Assembly: GCA_964399305.1 (NCBI GenBank)
Contig: CAYNQJ010000001.1
Location: 36,415 to 100,414, forward strand
Length of the DNA: 64,000 bases
Reading direction: 5' to 3'
DNA from: an uncultured Luteolibacter sp.
GTDB taxonomy: Bacteria > Verrucomicrobiota > Verrucomicrobiia > Verrucomicrobiales > Akkermansiaceae
Under the pieces are notes generated by a model that was given only the letters and a program-made list of their open reading frames with translations, was not told the DNA's origin and did not search any database. Each line of letters opens with the position of its first letter. The stretch's first letter is position 1. This document shows, piece after piece, positions 58,281 to 64,000 of this stretch. A program made the translations under genes and the position numbers.

Positions 58281-60047
58281 TCAGCCCGTGTTGGCGGTGC
58301 GGCGGGGTTGGTGGTCGGCGGGGTAGGTGCGTTGCCAGACGTCGATGCGCTTGAACTCGGTGGCTCCGTTTTCGGAGAAGACTTCGATTTTCCCGGCCGC
58401 GCCGGGTTTGATGAATTTCTCATAGTGCAGGCGGTTGCCGACCAGTACGCGGACGCGGTCCGGGGTGACCATGATGCGCATTTCCACCCAGTGATCCGAA
58501 TCATCGGCCGTCGTGGTTTTTTCCGGGAGGACTTTCGACAAGTCCTCGCTGCGGGTGGGAATGACCGGATTGAAACAGGTTTCCAGCCCCATCAGCGTGA
58601 GCAGGTCCGATTTCTCATCGTAGCGGAACTCCTGGGATGCGCCGTCCTCATCCGTTAGACGGAGTCCCCAGCGGGAGGCAGGGGATTCGCCGAGGCCGCG
58701 AGCGCCGACGCGAATGTCGTAGGTTTTGCCGGGGACTGTTTCGATTGCCTGTGATTTGCCGTCGAGTTTCAGATCCTGCAGTCCGATGTGACGGCCCTTG
58801 GGTTCCTTGGACATGCCTTCGGCGAAGTCATTGACGAGCGCGCAGCCGCGGGTTTCATGGTCCCATGGATCATCCCAACCCTTGCGGTTGCCTTTGTAAA
58901 CGCAGCGGTCCACCACATCGAACCCATCTTTGCGCGCGTAGATGAGCGTGTAGAGGCTCATCTTCGTCCAATACTCGGTTTGCCCCGCGGTGGCGGGCGA
59001 GCTGTTGAGGAACATGTTGCGATGCGAGTGGCCGCCGATGGCGAGCTTCACCTTGTGGCGTTCCATCAGTTCGAAAAACCGCTGGTGAGGGCTCCACGGC
59101 TGGTGGCAGAAAAAGTAGACCGGCGTGCCGTCGGGTTGGCTGGCGAGGTCTTTTTCCAACCAGTCCAAGGCGCAATTTTCGATGCCGCACTGGAGTTTCC
59201 CCTCGGCATCGATGAGCGACCAATCGAGGCCGGTGAAGTGGATGCCGGCGACATCGAACGACCAGCGGACCGGGCCGACATGTTTGATGAACGCGCCATA
59301 TCCGGCCAGTTCGTGGGGCACGGTCCATGTGGTGTCGTGAATGCCGACGACATCGTGGTTGCCGACGCAGTGGGGCATGAGAACGGGGAAATCGTGGGTG
59401 AATTTCCGGATGGTCGAGAATGCGGCAAGCGCATTGCCGAAGTTCATGTAGCCGAGGTCGCCGCCGGATACGGCGAAGGTCACGTGGTTGCCGGCCTGCG
59501 CGGTTTCATCCATCCAGGTGAAATTGTGCGGGCGGGTGAAATTGTCGTGTGGGTCGGTGCCGAAACTGACCACAACCGGCGGTTTTTGTTCGCGCTCCGC
59601 CAGGGCGAAATCGACCCGGGTGGGGTCCTTCACATCCGCGAGGCGCACCCACCAGTCGAAGCGGCCGGATTTTCCGCGCTTCGGCCATGTGCCCGATGGC
59701 CAGCAGACGCCGATGGTTCTGTTAGGAAGGTGCGGGACCAGCGGGTCGTGCCCGATATCGATCGAGTATCTGCCGTCCTTGCCGGTGACCGCGAAGCCCA
59801 CGCCGTCGGTCACGCGCACGCCGGGAAGTGCTTCGCCGTCGTCCGGTGCGTTGTTGTCATTGCGGTCGAGAAAAACCGTGCCGCTGAGCGACTTCGGCAT
59901 TTTGGCCGCGAGTTGTTCCGCCGCGGTGATTTCCGCCTTCGGCGGGTAGATGCCTTTTGCAACCCGTTCCTCTTCGGTTTCCGCAGTGGCGCTGGAGGCG
60001 ATTGAAAATGTGATCCATGAAAGATGGTACAGGGTTTTCAGATTCAT
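58281..60047 (-). CDS. Exported calcineurin-like metallophosphoesterase with N-terminal beta-sandwich and C-terminal lectin-like domain
   Basis: Signal peptide; GTVFLDRND...GVRVTDG; metal motifs DPH, GGDL, VGNHD, FCH, GGHSH. Confidence 0.88.
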   Translation of the reverse strand: MNLKTLYHLSWITFSIASSATAETEEERVAKGIYPPKAEITAAEQLAAKMPKSLSGTVFLDRNDNNAPDDGEALPGVRVTDGVGFAVTGKDGRYSIDIGHDPLVPHLPNRTIGVCWPSGTWPKRGKSGRFDWWVRLADVKDPTRVDFALAEREQKPPVVVSFGTDPHDNFTRPHNFTWMDETAQAGNHVTFAVSGGDLGYMNFGNALAAFSTIRKFTHDFPVLMPHCVGNHDVVGIHDTTWTVPHELAGYGAFIKHVGPVRWSFDVAGIHFTGLDWSLIDAEGKLQCGIENCALDWLEKDLASQPDGTPVYFFCHQPWSPHQRFFELMERHKVKLAIGGHSHRNMFLNSSPATAGQTEYWTKMSLYTLIYARKDGFDVVDRCVYKGNRKGWDDPWDHETRGCALVNDFAEGMSKEPKGRHIGLQDLKLDGKSQAIETVPGKTYDIRVGARGLGESPASRWGLRLTDEDGASQEFRYDEKSDLLTLMGLETCFNPVIPTRSEDLSKVLPEKTTTADDSDHWVEMRIMVTPDRVRVLVGNRLHYEKFIKPGAAGKIEVFSENGATEFKRIDVWQRTYPADHQPRRTANTG

Positions 60048-60108
60048 CGGCTCAGCGCATAGACAGTCGGAAGGAAGGGGTCAACTTCCATCCGGCGACG
60101 CGCGCGGA

Positions 60109-60193
60109 TTCCAGGTCGCGGGTTGCGCTCCGGGCGCGGAATGAGGCCTTGTGCAGGATGCGCAAGGATGCCAGCAGGATGCGGGCGCTCCCC
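60109..60193 (+). repeat. Dispersed repeat family A, copy 3
   Basis: ttccaggtcgcg..ttgcgctcc..ccttgtgcaggatgcgcaagga..gatgcg.gcgctcccc matches 12789-12870. Confidence 0.8.
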
Positions 60194-60299
60194 AATCATG
60201 GAGATCCGCAGCATGAGGTCGGCGGAGGCGCTCGGGGCAAGACCGCTGCGCGGGCAAAGTGCGACGGTCACAGACCAACGCTAAAAGGACAGGCATTTT

Positions 60300-60995
60300 T
60301 CAGCGCGACCATGAGCCGCTGACGGAGGGGAGCTGGCCGCGACCGACCATTTCGTAATTGGTGGCGCCCTTGGCTCCTTCCAGCGGAATTCCCGTGGCGC
60401 GTTTCCATGCCTTGCTCATGCTTTCCGCCGTGTGACAACCCCAACTTTTGCAGTAGGCGTTGCGGGCGAAAACCGACGAACGGATGCGCGGCAGGTCTCG
60501 CTCGTGGAGCCATGCGGTGGATGCCGCCATGATATCGCTGCCGTAGTCGAACATGAAAGCAAAGCGGTTGGAATGGCCGAAGAAGTCGAAGGTCTCGACC
60601 GAGCCGCGCGGGCGGGAGTTGAGTGCCTGGATGAAGCCGCTGCCGCTGTCGAACCAGATGAGCTGGGCGCGGCGTTTGGCGGCCAGCTCGGTGATCCATT
60701 GGACGTAGGGCTTGCCGTCTTCGCGGCCGCGTGCGGTGTAGCCGGGTTTGAAGACCATCCACACGAGGTGGGCGTCCGTGCCGTAGGCCTTGCGGATCTC
60801 CGCCATGCGCAGGGTGGAGGCCCGGACAAAATTCGCCCACCAGCGGTCGTGCCGGTCCTTGGGGATGCGGTAGTCCTCCCATTTCCGCAAGGCGGGCCCG
60901 CCGGTGACGATCACATGCTCGGCAAGCAGAGTTGCCGGACAGTGAAGCACCAGCGCCAGAATCAACAACCGGATGACGCGCGGCAGGAAAGACAT
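60300..60995 (-). CDS. Exported hypothetical protein with a putative His-Cys dyad
   Basis: Signal peptide; FDFFGHS and KSWGCHT motifs; downstream of tpiA on the same strand. Confidence 0.72.
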   Translation of the reverse strand: MSFLPRVIRLLILALVLHCPATLLAEHVIVTGGPALRKWEDYRIPKDRHDRWWANFVRASTLRMAEIRKAYGTDAHLVWMVFKPGYTARGREDGKPYVQWITELAAKRRAQLIWFDSGSGFIQALNSRPRGSVETFDFFGHSNRFAFMFDYGSDIMAASTAWLHERDLPRIRSSVFARNAYCKSWGCHTAESMSKAWKRATGIPLEGAKGATNYEMVGRGQLPSVSGSWSR

Positions 60996-61059
60996 GATGG
61001 ACACAGTGGAACACGCCCGCCGATGTGCCAATCGGAAAATCGGCAGGGACGCTGACGGA

Positions 61060-61857
61060 TCAGGCATCGGTGCCGACGGAGCCGTTGCGGATGATTTCCA
61101 GGAAGCTCTGCGGCTCGAGAGCGGCACCACCAATGAGCGCGCCATCGATGTCCGGGCAGGCCATCAGCTCCGCGGCGTTGTTCGGTTTCACGCTGCCGCC
61201 GTATTGAATGCGGATGCGCGAGGCGGTGTCCTGACCATAGAGGTCGGCGACGAGCGAGCGGACGAACGCGTGGGCGTCCTGCGCCTGTTGGGAAGTCGCG
61301 GTGACGCCGGTGCCGATCGCCCAGACCGGTTCATAGGCGATGACGGTTTCGGCCATGTCCTTTTCGGTGAGTCCCTTCAGGCCATCGGTCACCTGGGTGC
61401 GGAGGACGGTTTCGAGCATTCCGCCCTCGCGTTCGGCCAGGGTTTCGCCGATGCAGAAGATCGGTTTGAGGTTTGCCTCGCGGGCTTTTTTCATCTTCGC
61501 GTTGATCACCGCGTCGGTTTCTCCATAGATCGAGCGGCGCTCGCTGTGACCAAGGATCACATAGTGGACGAAAAACTCGCGCAACATGACCACGCTGACC
61601 TCGCCGGTGTAGGCACCGGAATCAAACTGCGAGCAGTTTTGCGCGGCAATCTGGATGGCATGGGCGTTCTGGACCGCGGTGGCGGTGTGGAGGAGGTCGG
61701 CGAGTTTGGGGAGCGAGACAAACGGCGGGGCGATGACGATTTCGCACGGGTAGTCCTGACCCTGGAGTTTCGAGAGGAAACTTTTCACGAAGTCTTCCGT
61801 TTCGGAAGCCCCTTTGTTCATTTTCCAGTTGGCGGCGAAGATTGGTTTGCGGTTCAT
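61060..61857 (-). CDS. tpiA: Triosephosphate isomerase
   Basis: AANWKMNK, GAYTGE, GHSERR, AYEPVWAIGTG, YGGSV, LIGGAAL. Confidence 0.98.
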   Translation of the reverse strand: MNRKPIFAANWKMNKGASETEDFVKSFLSKLQGQDYPCEIVIAPPFVSLPKLADLLHTATAVQNAHAIQIAAQNCSQFDSGAYTGEVSVVMLREFFVHYVILGHSERRSIYGETDAVINAKMKKAREANLKPIFCIGETLAEREGGMLETVLRTQVTDGLKGLTEKDMAETVIAYEPVWAIGTGVTATSQQAQDAHAFVRSLVADLYGQDTASRIRIQYGGSVKPNNAAELMACPDIDGALIGGAALEPQSFLEIIRNGSVGTDA

Positions 61858-61896
61858 GTGGGCGTGTGTGTTGGGATTCGAAAATTTTGTCAGGGG

Positions 61897-63141
61897 TCAG
61901 GCATCGCTGAGGGCGGCGACACCCGGCAGGACTTTGCCTTCCAGGAATTCGAGGCTGGCACCACCACCTGTCGAGCAGTGGGAAACCTTGTCCGCGACGC
62001 CGAATTTTTTGGCAGCGGTGGCGGTGTCTCCGCCGCCGACCACCGTGATCGCTCCAGCCTCCGTGGCGGCGGCGATTGCCGCGGCCATGGCCTTGGTGCC
62101 TTCCGCGAAGGCGTCGAATTCAAACACGCCGGGAGGGCCGTTCCAGATGATCGTTCCCGAGGCGGCGATCACCTTGGCGAACTGCTCGCGGGTGCGGGGG
62201 CCGGCGTCGAGTCCCATGATGCCTGCCGGGATGTTGTCGGTGGCGGATGAGATGTTGGCGTCAGGAGCGAACTTGTCGGCACAGACGAAATCCACGGGCA
62301 GGTGGAGGTTCACGCCCTTTTGCTTCGCCTTGGCGACCAGCTCGGGGATGATTTTCGCGCCTTCCGCATCGAACAGGCTGTCGCCGATTTCCATGCCTTC
62401 CATGATGTTGCGGAAGGTGAAGGCCATGCCGCCACCGATGATGATGTCGTTCGCCTTGTCGAGCAGGTTGGTGATGAGCGGGATCTTATCGGCGATCTTC
62501 GCACCGCCGAGGATGGCCAGGAGCGGGCGTTTCGGCGATTCGAGCACGGTGTTGAAGGCCTTGATTTCGGCATCCATCAGGAAGCCCGCGGCTTTCTGCG
62601 GGAGATCCACGCCGACCATTGAGCTGTGGGCGCGGTGGGCGGTGCCGAAGGCATCGTTGATGTAGACATCGCCGAGGCGGCTGAGGCTGGCGCGGAAGGC
62701 GGCGACTTTCGCGGGATCGGCCTTTTCGGAGGTGCCGTCCTCGCGTTTTGCCTTGCCCTCCTCCTCGATGTGGAAGCGGAGGTTTTCGAGCAGCACCACG
62801 TCACCGGGTTGGAGTTTGCCGGGGGCACAGGCGGCTTCGACTTCGGGGCCGACGCAGTCGTCGAGGAAGGTCACCGGACGGTCGAGAAGCTTCGCGAGTT
62901 CATCGGCCACGGGTTTGAGGGAAAACTTCGGCGTCTTGCTGCCATTGGGGCGGCCGAGGTGGGACATCAGGATCACCGACGCCCCCTGTTCGAGAGCAAA
63001 GCGGATTGTGGGCAGCGCGGCGACGATGCGCTGGTTGTTGGTGATGGCACCGGTGGCTTTGTCTTGCGGGACATTGAAGTCCACCCGGATGAGGGCGCGC
63101 TTGTTGGAGAGATCGAGGTCGCGGATAGATAACTTGGCCAT
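61897..63141 (-). CDS. pgk: Phosphoglycerate kinase
   Basis: [52 protein letters not shown]. Confidence 0.98.
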   Translation of the reverse strand: MAKLSIRDLDLSNKRALIRVDFNVPQDKATGAITNNQRIVAALPTIRFALEQGASVILMSHLGRPNGSKTPKFSLKPVADELAKLLDRPVTFLDDCVGPEVEAACAPGKLQPGDVVLLENLRFHIEEEGKAKREDGTSEKADPAKVAAFRASLSRLGDVYINDAFGTAHRAHSSMVGVDLPQKAAGFLMDAEIKAFNTVLESPKRPLLAILGGAKIADKIPLITNLLDKANDIIIGGGMAFTFRNIMEGMEIGDSLFDAEGAKIIPELVAKAKQKGVNLHLPVDFVCADKFAPDANISSATDNIPAGIMGLDAGPRTREQFAKVIAASGTIIWNGPPGVFEFDAFAEGTKAMAAAIAAATEAGAITVVGGGDTATAAKKFGVADKVSHCSTGGGASLEFLEGKVLPGVAALSDA

Positions 63142-63363
63142 GGGGCGGGAATCCCGCCCTAGAGGCGCGCCGGTGTCAAGACATGCATAGTCCCGATGGG
63201 GCGATACGCGCAAAAAATGACAGTGGATGACCGGGATGCGCGGACCAGGCCGGCGGGCGTGACAAATCATTTGCCCCGGGGGTGCTTGGCGGCGGCACCA
63301 GTCAAATTTCCAGTGGATTTTTCGTGAATACGGAACGTCCTTGTGATGGAGTTCCAGCAACCC

Positions 63364-64000
63364 ATGCAGGCAACCCTATTACCCCCCCGTAATCCGGAGT
63401 ATTGCGCTCCCATCACCTCCAACCGGGATCTGGGTGCCTGTTTGATCGCCAACCTGCCGATGTGCGAATTGCTGGCTGCGGATTTGCGCCGCGCCGGGTT
63501 GCAGATTGTATCGCCTGAGGAGGCAGGCCCAAGGACTTTGCGCATCCCGATCGACAACTGGATCGAGATCGGCGCTTTGTTGCTGCTGGGCCGGAATCCG
63601 CGCAGTGCCTGTCTGCTCGATGACAACGGACATCCGCTGGCATGGAAGGGTGCGGAAAACCCGGAGGACTGCCAGGACAAGATCGTGACCGACGCCAATT
63701 GTTTCCCGGTCATCTATCCGTGGGATCTGCTGCGCATGAACGAGGAAGTCCTGCACCTGATGGATGAGACCTCGCTCCTGGGCGAGGTAAGCCCGTTGGC
63801 CACGGTCACCGGAATCGTCCGTCTTGCGAAGGGCTCCGTCATCCTTCCGGGATCGGTCATCGAGGGGCCGGTGCTGATCGGTCCCAACACGACGATCGGC
63901 CCGAACGCCTACGTCCGCGGGGCGACGAGTATCGGTGCGGATTGCTACATCGGGCACGGTGCGGAAGTGAAGAATTCGATCGTTTACAACCACACCTACA
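63364..64000 (+). CDS. Partial left-handed beta-helix protein resembling the C-terminus of archaeal-type GlmU (runs off the window end)
   Basis: Open frame read by hand from ATG 63364 (or 63346): [11 protein letters not shown] followed by hexapeptide repeats [43 protein letters not shown]. Confidence 0.8.
   Translation, partial: MQATLLPPRNPEYCAPITSNRDLGACLIANLPMCELLAADLRRAGLQIVSPEEAGPRTLRIPIDNWIEIGALLLLGRNPRSACLLDDNGHPLAWKGAENPEDCQDKIVTDANCFPVIYPWDLLRMNEEVLHLMDETSLLGEVSPLATVTGIVRLAKGSVILPGSVIEGPVLIGPNTTIGPNAYVRGATSIGADCYIGHGAEVKNSIVYNHTY

Noticed and set aside
335-63132. Many long antisense or alternate-frame ORFs (e.g. 335-1477 -, 6613-7713 -, 8727-10151 -, 22463-24193 -, 58788-60005 +, 60973-62250 +)
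   Set aside because: They overlap well-supported genes, have no recognisable motifs and are expected shadow ORFs in high-GC DNA

Overview
High-GC bacterial chromosomal window, most likely Verrucomicrobiota (PVC-signature small basic protein at 35615-35770; lineage inferred from gene content, not searched). The first 15 kb are an anaerobic-respiration/copper island: two heme-biosynthesis-type radical SAM/SPASM genes, nnrS, an Fe-S Rrf2 regulator divergent from a clade II (Sec/lipoprotein-type) nitrous oxide reductase operon (cyt c-nosZ-nosB/nosL fusion-nosD-fasciclin-nosF-nosY), a small CxxC/polyproline ORF and an OprC/NosA-like TonB-dependent receptor. Two regulatory layers can be read from the sequence. 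One is a 26-bp palindrome (consensus AAATMAMGA-N8-TCTTGATTW) found three times, upstream of the radical SAM genes, nnrS and the rrf2/nos divergent promoter. The other is a candidate CruR/CutF-like copper-sensing leader ORF ahead of the receptor. The rest is mostly housekeeping genes (holB, nadD, lptD, acs, htpG, hflKC, kdsB, pyrG, cimA, rpsU, rsmA, tpiA, pgk). Exceptions are a sulfatase-sulfatase-GH29-like insert (last gene frameshifted), tRNA-Ser(GGA) followed by two 161-bp tRNA-mimic repeats, several REP-like families, and two apparent pseudo-enzymes (class A PBP with a degenerate transpeptidase domain; Pta-like protein lacking catalytic residues). No CRISPR array, integrase or transposase was seen. 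All family calls are from motif recognition, without database searches.
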